Source of the DNA: Chiloscyllium plagiosum
Taxonomy: Eukaryota
Direction of reading: 5' to 3'
Assembly (NCBI RefSeq): GCF_004010195.1
Contig: NC_057758.1
Span: 1,170,983 to 1,193,438 of the forward strand
DNA: 22,456 nt
Shown here piece after piece: positions 8,336 through 18,723 of the stretch; the first letter of the stretch is position 1; each line of letters begins with the position of its first letter. Under the pieces are notes generated by a model. That model saw only the letters and a program-made list of their open reading frames with translations, searched no databases and had not been told where the DNA came from. The position numbers were made by a program, and so were the translations under genes.

Positions 8336-10875
8336 TTTTGGGTGTAGGTTTGCTCGCTGAGCTGTAGGGTGATATCCAGACGTTTCATTAACTGGCTAGG
8401 TAACATCATCAGTGGCGACCTCCAAGTGAAGCAAAGCTGATGTCCCCTGCTTTCTATTTATATGTTTGTCCTGGATGGGGTTCCTGGGGTTTGTGGTGAT
8501 GTCATTTTCTGTTCGTTTTCTGAGGGGTTGATCGATGGTATCTAGATCTATGTGTTTGTTTATGGCGTTGTAGTTGGAGTGCAATGCCTCTAGGAATTCC
8601 CTGGCACGTCTTTGCTTAGCCTCTCCCTGGGTAGATGTGTTGACCCAGCCGAAATGGTGGGTTTTTTTCTCCGTGTGTAGGGCTACGAGGGAGAGAGGGT
8701 CGTGTCTTTTTGTGGCTAGCTGGTGTTCGTGTATCCTGGTGGCTAACATTCTTCCTGTTTGTCCTACGTAGTGTTTCTGGCAGTCCTTGCATGGAATTTT
8801 GTAGACGACGTTGGTTTTGTCCACGGGATGTACTGCGACTTTTAAGTTTGTTAGTTTTTGTTTGAGGTTGTTGGTGGGTTTGTGTGCTACTAGGATTCTG
8901 AGAGGTCTTAGTAGTCTGGCTGTCATTTCTGAAACTTCTTTGATGTAAGGTAAGGTGGTTAGGGTTTCTGGCTATGTTTGGTCTGCTTGTTGTGGTTTGT
9001 TCTTGTGGAATCTGCGGACTATATTTTTTGAGTATCCGTTCTTCTTGAATATGTTGTATAGGTGGTTCTCCTCTGTTTTCCGAAGTTCGTCTGTGCTGCA
9101 GTGTGATGTGGCTCGTTTGAATAGTGTTCTAATACAGCTTCGTTTGTGTGTGTTGGGATGGTTGCTAGTGTAGTTAAGTATTTGTTCAGTGTTTGTCGGT
9201 TTTCTGTATACGCAGGTTTGTAGATCTCTGTTGTCTGTTCTTTCAACTGTGACGTCCAGGAATGCGAGTTTGTTGTCGGTTTCTTTCTCCTTGGTGAACT
9301 TTAGGCCTTTGAGGGTGTTGTTGATGATATTACATGTCTCTTCTCTTAATTTCGTTTTGTGATGACAAAGGTGTCATTTATGTAGCGGACCCAGATTTCA
9401 GGTTTTATGGTTTGTAGGGCTATTTGTTCTAGTCTTTGCATTACCACTTCTGCTATGAATCCTGATAGTGGAGATCCCATGGGTGTGCTGTTGGTTTGTT
9501 TGTAGATTATGTTGTTGAAGGTGAAGTGGGTGGTGAGGCACAGGTCCACCAGCTTCATGATGTTTCATTGGTAATGTGATTGATGGTGGTTGGAGTGTGT
9601 GTGAGGGTCTCTTCTAAAAGTGTGGTAAGTGTTTCCTTTGCCAGGTCGATGTTGATGGAGGTGAACAGTGCTGTTACGTCGAGTGAGATCATTGTTTCAT
9701 CTTCCTCTATTTTGGTGTTTTTGATGATTTTTAGGAATTCCTGGGTGGTCCTGGGTGGAGTGGATGGAGTGCTGTGACTCTTCTACTAGGTATTTCAGTC
9801 TTGCGTGTATATCTTTGGCCAGTCTGTAAGTTGTTGTTCCGGGTAGTGAGACTATAAGTCTGAAGGGGGCTCCTGGTTTATGGATTTTTGGTAGTCCGTA
9901 GAATCGTGGGGTGTTGGTCCCGTCTGGTTTCATTTTCTGGAATTCCGTCTTGTTTAATTGTCCGGAATTGTGTAATTTTCTTAGGAGACATGTAATTTGC
10001 TTCCTGGTTGTGGGTTCGGGTCTAGCGCCAAATGTTGGTAGGTGTTGGTGTCTGCGATTAGTGTTTTGGCTTTCTCTATGTTCTGTTCAGGATGACAGTG
10101 AGCCGACCTTTGCCTGCAGGTAATATAACGATGTTTTTGTCTTTATTAGGTTTTCTAGGGCTTTCTTTTCTTGTGTGTTCAGTTTGTTTCCTTCCCTCTT
10201 TCGGTTCAGAGTAGGTGCAAACTGTCTGTCTGATCGTTTGTTGTGTTTCTTCCATGAGTTTGTTGTCCTTCAATGTGGTTTCTAATGTCACTAGGAAATC
10301 TTTCTTGACAGTGTCTCGGTAATTGAAATTTAGTCCTTTTACTAGTACCACTTTTGCTGTGTCTGATAGGGTCCGGTCTGATAAGTTCTTTATCCATGCC
10401 CCTGTGTTACCGGTTTTGTCTTTGTGAGTTTGTCAAGTTTTTTCTTCAGGTCCCGCTTTTTTCTGTGTTTGGTGTTTGGTGTTTGGTGTTTATGGCTCGT
10501 TCTACCGCGTCTGTCCATTCTTGATTTGTTGCTGGTTTGAATAACGGTTTTTGGCACGCAATTTCCCGGTTGTATTTTCGGAGTCTGTGGTGGGCGTCAT
10601 TGATTAGTTCTCGGAGCATTCTGCGGCCGCTTCGTTCTGTTAAACTTCTGGCTTGAGGTGTTTTTATCAGCGGTTTGTATTGAAGACATTTTGTCAGTAC
10701 CCGTTTTCTCAAACATTCATGCAGGAAGCACAGTTGTTCGTGGGTGGAACTCTCTCGGATGGTATTCATTTCCCATCTTCGGGCAAGTTGTAGCGTGTTG
10801 TACCCATAGGTTTTTGCCAGGTTTATGAAGGTTTGTAACTCAGGTTGAGGTTTACGGTGTAGGTTTGCTCGCTGA
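8336..10875 (-). mobile_element. Penelope-like element (PLE; Penelope/Poseidon type), near full length, frameshifted: N-terminal domain, RT, GIY-YIG endonuclease, terminal repeat
   Basis: N-terminal HEQLCFLHECLRKRVL; LVKGLNF; ILPAGKGRLTVILN; PRFYGLPKIHKPGAPFRLIVS; TPMGSPLSG; WVRYINDTF (YVDD decayed); GIY-YIG NVVYKIPCKDCQKHYVGQTGRMLATRIHEH...REFLEA. A 20-bp direct terminal repeat GGTGTAGGTTTGCTCGCTGA lies at 8341-8360 and 10856-10875. Confidence 0.93.
8376..8415 (-). ncRNA. Minimal type I hammerhead ribozyme motif in the PLE 3' terminal repeat
   Basis: Minus strand CCA-CTGATGA-T-GTTACC-TAGCCA-GTTAAT-GAAAC-GTC-TGG: complete CUGANGA/GAAA core, GUC triplet, stem I CCA/TGG, stem II with one mismatch, and palindromic ACGT in place of stem III. 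Confidence 0.8.
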
Positions 10876-11151
10876 CTCCCCTTCAGTTCTTGCCCCATTG
10901 AAGATCTCTCTCCGTCGAGTTTTGCTCTGCATTGAGTATAGACTGAATCTCCTGAATCAATTATCACTGACTCGTAAATGTGCTCCCATTTGATTGACTT
11001 GTCTCACCTTATTTTAAAGAAACGTTTTAACAATCAACCATTTCTTGTTATCTGGATGCAGACAGCTGCAGGTCTTCTCAACAAAACCTCAGGAAGCTTG
11101 CCTTTCACTGCTCCTTACACTGTCCCAGCCGACGTTTGGATATGGATTGCA

Positions 11152-11270
11152 TTGATGAACGGTTTATGCTCAAAACATCAATGTTCCTGATGAAGAGCTT
11201 ATGTCCAAAACATCGATTCCCCTGCACCTCAGATGCTGCCTGACCGCTTGTGCTTTTCCAGCGGCTCATT
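11152..11270 (+). mobile_element. Short element with two tandem decayed hammerhead heads
   Basis: TTGATGAACGGTTTATGCTCAAAACATCA (11152) and CTGATGAAGAGCTTATGTCCAAAACATCG (11187), followed by ATTCCCCTGCACCTCAGATGCTGCCTGACCGCTTGTGCTTTTCCAGC, homologous to 15366-15445. Confidence 0.7.
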
Positions 11271-11470
11271 ATTCTTTTCTGCAGTCCTCTCTTTTTCCTA
11301 ATCTTTCTTTTGGTGTCTCCCTCTTTTTGCTTGTCTCTCCCTCCTTCCTGCCTGAGCACCTTTCTTTTTCTTTCTTACTCCTAGTCGCTTTATGTCCATG
11401 TCAGGGTGCCTCACTTTCTTACAAGCTCTCTCTTTCTCACTCCCCTCTCTCGCGCGCTCTCTTTCTCTTC
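11271..11470 (+). repeat. CT-rich low-complexity tract
   Basis: Pyrimidine-dominated sequence with (CT)n/(CTTT)n runs. Confidence 0.7.
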
Positions 11471-11497
11471 ATGTATCACTGTCCCATAGTGTTCGTC

Positions 11498-11985
11498 TAG
11501 AACAAGAAAACAAATGCGAAAATGGTCATTCAGCCCCTCCAGATTGCTCCACCATTTAATATGATCATAGTTGATCTCATCTTGGCGTCAATTCCACTTC
11601 CTTGACCGTTCCCTCAATTCATTATTAATTAAAAAGTTCTCAATCTCTTCCTTAAACTTACTTCGTGCCCCTACTGTATGCATGACTCTTTGAAATCCAC
11701 ATATTTCGTGGTAAGGGCATGGAATGCGCTACCTGCTAATGTACTGAACTCAGCCACATTAGGGATATTTAAACAATCCTTAGATCAGGACATGAATGAT
11801 TTTGGGATAATGTAGGGGTACAAGCTGAGAATTGTTCACAGGTCAGCGCAGCATCGAAGGCCGAAGGGCCTGTTCTGCGCTGTATTGTTCTATGTTCTAT
11901 GTTCTATAATCATTGAGAGAAGTAAATCTTCCTCATCTCTGTTTTAAATCTGTAGCCTCTTATCCCAAAACGATGTACTCTCGCT
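11498..11985 (-). mobile_element. CR1-type LINE 3' end (minus strand), interrupted at 11708-11907
   Basis: GGTCATTCAGCCCCTCCAGATTGCTCCACCATTTAATATGATCATAGTTGATCTCATC...AATCCACATATTTC, resuming as TTGAGAGAAGTAAATCTTCCTCATCTCTGTTTTAAATCTG; typical antisense CR1 3' end. Confidence 0.65.
11708..11907 (+). mobile_element. CR1-type LINE 3' terminus with (GTTCTAT)n tail, nested in the previous element
   Basis: GTGGTAAGGGCATGGAATGCGCTACCT (VVRAWNALP)...TTTAAACAATCCTTAGAT...GGCCGAAGGGCCTGTTCTGCGCTGTATT-GTTCTAT-GTTCTAT-GTTCTAT. Confidence 0.85.
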
Positions 11986-12270
11986 CGCACACACATTTGC
12001 ATTCATGCAGACACATACTCAAACTCTCAATTTTTGCTTGCGTGCGCACACACAGCCATACACCATCATGCACACACAATCACGTGCAATCACACTGACA
12101 TATATTCACATCCACATACACAGAGACATACTTACATGGAGTGATGCACATTGATAAATACAACACAACACTCACTGAGACACACACAGGCAATGAAACT
12201 CGCACATTCACATTTACCCATACTCGCACACAAACTTGCACACATGCACTTCCAGAGACACACACACATA
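11986..12270 (+). repeat. Degenerate (CA)n-rich microsatellite
   Basis: CACACA-dominated tract. Confidence 0.85.
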
Positions 12271-12739
12271 CTGTTCATAGGACTGCCTGGGGATATAGTT
12301 GAACTATTCTTTTCTCAACTTTAATCCCCTCTTTTGGATTCCTTGGCGGAACTTGAAAACGATATCCTTGTGATTCGAATGAAATCTCTTACAAATAGGA
12401 TTTGTCCCATGGGGTCAAACTATTGCAGGAGAAAATGGAAGTATAACGAAAAAGTTCTCAATCAGACCCTTTGAAGTTCTGACGCATACATCCACGTGAT
12501 GCTATTTGAGTTCAATTAAATCACAATCACTCAAACCATGGTTTGTCATATTCCTCCTGCATAGTCCTGCTGGAGCGCCCTGCATTCGCTGACAGACTTC
12601 TGACAATGCATCCTATCTTGAAGATCTGTAAGCAGACTTGTTTTTTGTTGTACATGGTACAAACTGCTGCGAATGTGCACCCGTTGTCACTCCTTCCACA
12701 ATCCCGTGAGACTCTTAAAAGAATCTCATCTGAGCTTGT

Positions 12740-14494
12740 GTCCCAGACTTCATTGTTCCAGTCTCTGTTAGCCCTGGTGTTTATTAAACCACTCTGCCTC
12801 AGTCTCAGACATCACTTTCCAGTATCTTTGAGCCCCAGTGATCACTGTTGAAGTCCCTGTCAGTCTCACAGCTGACGGGCCAGGTCCCACTTTCAGTCCC
12901 AGTGCTCACTCTCCCAGCCTTTGTCAATCTCAGGACTCACTTTCCAGGTCTCTTGCTTGGTCCCAGAGCGTACTGTCCAGAATGCTGTGGAGTCCCAGAA
13001 CTCTCTGTCCCAGACTGAATCTTATCCCAAGGGCTCACTGTCCTGGCGTCTACCAGTCAAGGAGCTGACTGGCGCAGTCTCTATAAGTCTCAGAGCTCAC
13101 CATCCCAATGTCATCTTAATATGCAGTACACATTGTCCCAATTACTTTCAGTCCCAGAGCACATAGTCCCAGTCTCTATCAGTGCCAGTACCAGCTCTCC
13201 CAGTCACTGGCAGTTCCAATACTCACTTTCCAGACTCTTGACAGTCCTTATACTCTGTCAACCAGCGATTGTCCGGCCCAGAGCTCACTGCTATAGCGTT
13301 TGGCAGTACCAGAGACAGTTATCCCAGACGCTATCAGTTCCAGAAATCACTATTCCTGTCTGTGTCAAAGATCTTTTCCCCTATTTCCATTTCACTCGCA
13401 GTTATCGTTGTCCCAGTGTCACTCTCGGTCTCAGAGCTCACTGCCTTATTTCTGTCAGTCACAGAGCTCACTGTACCACTGCACACTGTCCCCGTCTATC
13501 TCTCCGATGCAGAGATTATGTGCCAGTCTGTGTCAGTCCCAGTGCTGCTAGTGTAGCCTTTTGTTGTTCCAGAATTCCCTTTCCTAGTCAGTGCCAGTCC
13601 CAGAACTCAATCTCTGAGACGCTGTCAGTCCCAGAGTTCACACTCTCGGTCCTACATCTTCAATTTTCAGGACGCTGTCAGACCCAAAGCTCACTGTTCC
13701 TTTTTCGCTCTCAGTGCCAGGACTCAGGATCCTGATCTGTGTCAGTCCCACTGCTCACTGCGCCTGTCCATGCGAGTCCCAGAGCTCACTATCCCTGTCT
13801 CCTTCTTTGTCCCATCACTTTTAGTTCCAGACCTCATGCTCTCAGTTTCTGTCAGTCCTAGTCATTATCAGTTGCAGTACTCACTTCAACACCTCTTGTC
13901 ATTCTCAGCACTCGCTGCACTAGTGTATGTCATTCAAAGAGCTCACTGCCCCAGTATGATCTCATTCCCAGTGGTCACAATGCCAGTCTCACTCTTGGTC
14001 TCAGAGCTCACTGTCTCAGTCTCTTTTAGACCCGGTACACACTATGAGACTCCCTGTCTCTCTTCCAGACACAGACATCACTATCCAAGTCTCTGTTTCA
14101 CTGAATTCACTGTCAACATACACGGTGAGTCCCACAGATTGCCGTCCCATTCTGTGTCAGTCACAGAGCTCAATACGCCAATTTGTCTCAGTCCCAGACC
14201 TCCCTGTACCAGTTTCACTCTCGGATCCAGGGCTCATTGTCTCGGTTTCTCTCTCAAACCAAGAGCTGACTGTCCACGTCTCTGGTAATCCAAGAATTCA
14301 CTGCTCCAGTCTCGGTAAATCCCAACGTGCACTGTGCCTGGCTGTGTCAGTCACAGAGCTCCTGTTCCAAGCTGTGTCAGTCACAGTGATTGCTTCTTAG
14401 CCCCGTGCTCACTATCTCAGTCTGTGTCAGCCCCAGAGCTCACTGTCCCAGTCTGTCAGACACAGACCTCCCTGTTCCAGTCTCACTCTTGTTC
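12740..14494 (+). repeat. Degenerate ~31-bp satellite array (left block)
   Basis: Recurrent GAGCTCACTGTCCCAGTCTCTGTCAGTCCCA units, with a 33-bp variant containing CTCACTCTCAGT. Confidence 0.9.
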
Positions 14495-15580
14495 TGAAGG
14501 TGATTTCGACACCTCTCTGATAAATGAAATCAAAGCACCCAGACGTTAGAACCTTGCCTCTGTAATCTGACAAAGGAGTGTGACAAGGTAATAGCCTACT
14601 TCTCACCATTCGTCTGTTTTGAATAATTTAACAGAATTACTAAAATCCGGACAAATTCCTGACAACTGATCAAAATTCCACTGGAAAGAATGTCATTCAG
14701 AGTAAATACAAAGTCCCATTTATATAAACGGAAGTAATAAGAAAATAATAAATGAAAATATAATCCGTCCACGTTCTCACAGTCTATGTCTTCTCCGCTT
14801 TAACTTGAATCTTCCTTCTGCTGAACTGACATCACAAACGCAATTATTTCGCTGATTTTTCTCTGAGGATTTTGAGCTGGAAATATTGCGATATCTTTGA
14901 TGGTTAACAATTCTAGAAGGTTAACAATTTTGTGTGAAGGCAGGTTTGTCTCTCAGATGGTGGATTTGTTTTCTTTGCAGCTGAAGTTTGGCTCTTCCCT
15001 CAATTGAGTTGCCTCATTCCCGATTTTCAAAAGAACACTTCCTTAGACACGATCGATGATGCAACAAAGACTCATGATATGATTGATTTTAGGCTGTAAT
15101 ACCATGAATCGGCGTTGGATTTCTGTGTGTTTGTTTTAAATTATTCGGCCAAATTCAAAATTGCCGTCTAAACAAGCTTAAGGCATCCATTAACAAAACC
15201 AATTGTTCCATGTTTCCATTTTAGAACTAGGAGAAAGTGACGACTGCAGATGCTGGAGATCAGAGCTGAAAAATGTGTTGCTGGAAAAGCGCTGCAGGTC
15301 AGGCAGCATCCAAGCAGCAGGAGAATCGACGTTTCGGGCATAAGCCCTTTTTCAGGAAATTTTTCCTGAAGAAGGACTCATGCCCGAAACGTCGATTCTC
15401 CTGATCCCTGGATGTTGCCTGAACTGCTGCGCTTTTCCAGCAACACATTTTTCAGCTCCATTTTAGAACTGTGTACTTTCTCCACCTGATTCCTTTAAGT
15501 GATAAAAGCATTATCTCTTAAAGGGGGCATACGTTGCTTTGCAATTCATGATTATTTTATAAAAGTATTTAGCACTTTCA
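14495..15580. mobile_element. Probable solo LTR (AT-rich insertion interrupting the satellite)
   Basis: Sharp compositional boundaries; starts TGAAGGTG and ends CACTTTCA (TG...CA, 7/8 inverted match); ~0.84 kb once the nested palindrome is removed; no clear TSD. Confidence 0.45.
15229..15458. mobile_element. Palindromic short retroelement with two oppositely oriented hammerhead heads and a 14-bp target-site duplication
   Basis: Inverted arms ~15263-15358 and ~15363-15458; + strand CTGAAGA-A-GGAC-TCAT-GCCC-GAAAC-GTC at 15366-15393; TCCATTTTAGAACT at 15215-15228 and 15457-15470. Confidence 0.85.
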
Positions 15581-18500
15581 TCTCCAATGCTCACTGTTTC
15601 ACTCTCACTCTCAGTCTCAAAGCTCACTGTGCCTGTCTATGTCAATCTCAGTGTTCTAGTCTGAGATATTCCTGAAACTTAGTGTAATTGTGTGTTGGGG
15701 GGTGGGGGCACAGAGCTCCCGACCTCGGTCATAGTCGCAGATCTCACTTTTCAACTCCGTCAGTCCCAAAGCTCGCTGACCCAGTCTGTGGCAGTTCCAG
15801 AACTCAATGTCCCAGTCTTACTCTCAGTCCCAAGGCTCAGTGGCCCAGTCTGTGCCAGTCCCAGACAACACAGGCCCAGCATCTTTGAGTCGCAGAAATT
15901 GCAGTCCTGTTCTCACTCGCATTCCCAGATCGCAATAATCCACCCTCTGTCCGCCCCACAACTCACTGTCAAATTCTTTCACTTACAGAGCTCTCTGTTC
16001 CAATCTCAGTCAGTCCGACGCTTCATTGTCACTGCCTCAATCAGCCACAGAGAGCACTATCCCAGTCTTTGTCATTCCTAGAGCTCAATGTCCAGGTGTC
16101 TGTGAGTCCCAGAGATCACTGTCTCATCCTAAATCATCCCGAGACCTCATTTTCCCAGTCTCTGTCAGTCCGTGTTCACTGTCCCAGGATGTGTCAGTCC
16201 CAGAGCGCAGTGCCCCAGTCTCATTCAGTTCCAGAGATCGCTCTGTCAGTCTCTTTTGGGCCCAGTGCTGACTGTTTCAGTCTCTTTCCATCTTAGAGCT
16301 CATGGTGTCTGTCTCATTCTCCCTTCCTCTGCTAACTCTCCAGGTTTCTGGGAGCTCTCTCCTACATTTTTCCCAGCCGTCTGTCTCAGTCCCAGATCAC
16401 ACTGGCCCAGAAACGTTCAATTCCAGTGCTCACTGTCTCGGCTTCACTCTTAATCCCAGAAATCACTGTCCCAGATTCTCCCAGTCCCACAGCCTAATGT
16501 TACAGGCTTATTCAGTCCCAGAACTTGTTGTTCCTGTCTCTGTGAGGCCGACAACTCAATGTCCCAGTCTCACTCTCAGTCGCAGTCTCACTTTCTGCCT
16601 CGAGTTCATTGTCCCAGTCTGTGCTCCAATCTGTCATTCTCACACCTCACTGTCCCTGTCTCTGTCATTTCGAGGACTCACTGTCCCAGTCTCACGCAAT
16701 CCCAGAACTTACTGCCCCAACCTCGGCCAGTTCCAGGCCTCATATTTACATTCGGTGACAATTCCAGAGCTTACTGCTGCAGTCTGTGACTGTCCCAGCG
16801 CTCACTGTCCCCATCACTGTCAGTCCCAGACCTCACAGTCTCAATCTTTTTTTTTTAAATTTTCAGAGGTCACTGTCACACTCTCACTCTCAATCCCAGT
16901 GATCACTTTCCCAGTCTCACTCTCAGATCAAGAACCCATTGTCCCTGCCTCTTTCATTGAAAGAGCCCATTGCCCACTTTCAGGCTCACTTTCAATCCCA
17001 GTCCTGAGCGCCCAGTGATTCTCAGATCTCACTGGGACAGTCTCTTTCTGTTCCAGACCATACTGTCTCACTCTTGTGTCCCATCGTTCAACACCACAGT
17101 CTCATTCTGGGTCCCATGTGCTCACTGCGACAATCACCTTTTGTCAGGACTTGATTGTCCAAAGTCCATATCATTTCCAGTGCTCATTCTTTCAGATTCT
17201 GTCAGTCACAGTGTTCACTGTCCCAGTCTTTCTCAATCCCAGAGCTCGTTCTACAAGTCTCACGGTCAGTCTTACAGCTCTTTCACAGAAGCCTCTGTCA
17301 ACTCCACTTCTCACTGTCCCACTTCCTGTCCGTCTGTGTGTTCACTCTCCCAGTCACTATTTGTACTACAACTCACTATCCTAGTCTGGGTCAACCCCGC
17401 AGCTCATTGTCGCAGTCACTGTCAGTCTCAGAGGTAACTATCCCAGTCTCTCTCTCGTCTTAGTGCTCAGTGTCCAAGTCTGTCAATCACAGAGCTCACC
17501 GTCTCAGTCTGTTTCTGGTACAGAACTCACTTTCACAGTTTGTGTCAGTCGCAGAGCTCACTGTCATAGTTTGTGTCAGTCCCAGTGCTCATTGTACTAG
17601 TCTGTGTTCGTCCCAGATCTCGCTAGTCCAGCCTATTTCAGTTCCAGAGTTGAAATATCCCAGTCTGACTCGCTGTTGCAATTTCATTCTCGATCCCAAG
17701 TGCACAATGTCCCAATTGCTTTCAGTCTCAGATCTCACTCTCCAAGTCTCTGACTGCCCTAGCTTTCACTCTTCCCCACTACATTCCTCACTCTCCCAGT
17801 TAGTCTCAGTCCCAGAAATCACAGCCCCAGTCTATTTCATTCCCAAATCTCAGTGAATCAGTCTGTGACGTACCCAGATCTTACTGTTCTAGTCTCTTTC
17901 AGTCCCACAGCTCACTGTCCCGGTCTCACTTTCGGTCCCAGAGTTCACTGCCCCACTTCCTCCCAGGGCCGGCTTGCTGATCCAGTCTGGCTCTCAGTCC
18001 GAGGTCTCAATGAACCAGTCTGTGTCAGCCCCAGATCTAAACTGGCCATGTCTCTTTCAGTCCCAGAGCTTGTTGTCCCAGTCTCACTTTCGGTCCCACA
18101 ACTCACTGTACGAATCTCAGTCTCGGTACAAGAAATCATAGTCTTGGGCGCTGCCAGTTCCACAGCTCACCATTCCAATCTGTGTCAGTCCCGGAGCTCA
18201 CTGTCACAGTCTTTGTCAGTTCCAGAACTCACTTACCTAGCTCCTGTCAGTCCAAGTCCTCACTCTTCCAGTCTCTCTTAGTCTCCGTGTTTACTCTCCG
18301 AGTTTCTCGTCAGTCCCGGAGCTTATTCCGCCAGTCTCTGTCAGTTACAGTGCTTGGTGTCCCAGTCTATTACAGTCCCAGAGCTCACTGACCCAGCGTG
18401 TGTCAGTCCCATATGTCACGTCCACTGTCTTTCAGTCTCAGAGCTGACTGTCCCAGTCTCTGTCAGTCTCAGAACTCACTGCACCAAATCTTACTATGAT

Positions 18501-18723
18501 CATCTCACACTCGGTCCCAGAGCTCACTGTCCCCAGACTGTCAGTCTCACAAATCGCTGTACCACTCTGTGTCAAAGCCACACCTCATTGCACCACAGTT
18601 GTGTTCAGCCTCAGAGCTTACTGTCCCAATTTCTGTCAGTCTCAAAGCTTACAGTCCCTGACTGTGGCAGTCGCAGAGCTAACTGTGCCACTTTGCGTAG
18701 TCTCAGGGCTCCATTGCAATCTC
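15581..18723 (+). repeat. Degenerate ~31-bp satellite array (right block, runs into the gap)
   Basis: Same unit and orientation as 12740-14494. Confidence 0.9.

Noticed and set aside
8396..10967. Active RT-endonuclease gene or novel defence/retron-like RT system
   Set aside because: It is a recognisable Penelope-like retroelement, broken into several frames, with the RT catalytic motif reading YIND. The ORF part above 10875 is flanking DNA.
12838..18723. Many long overlapping + strand ORFs (up to 238 aa) rich in S/V/P/L/C/Q
   Set aside because: Translations of the 31-bp satellite, which lacks stops on this strand; open in all three frames; unit length is not a multiple of 3.
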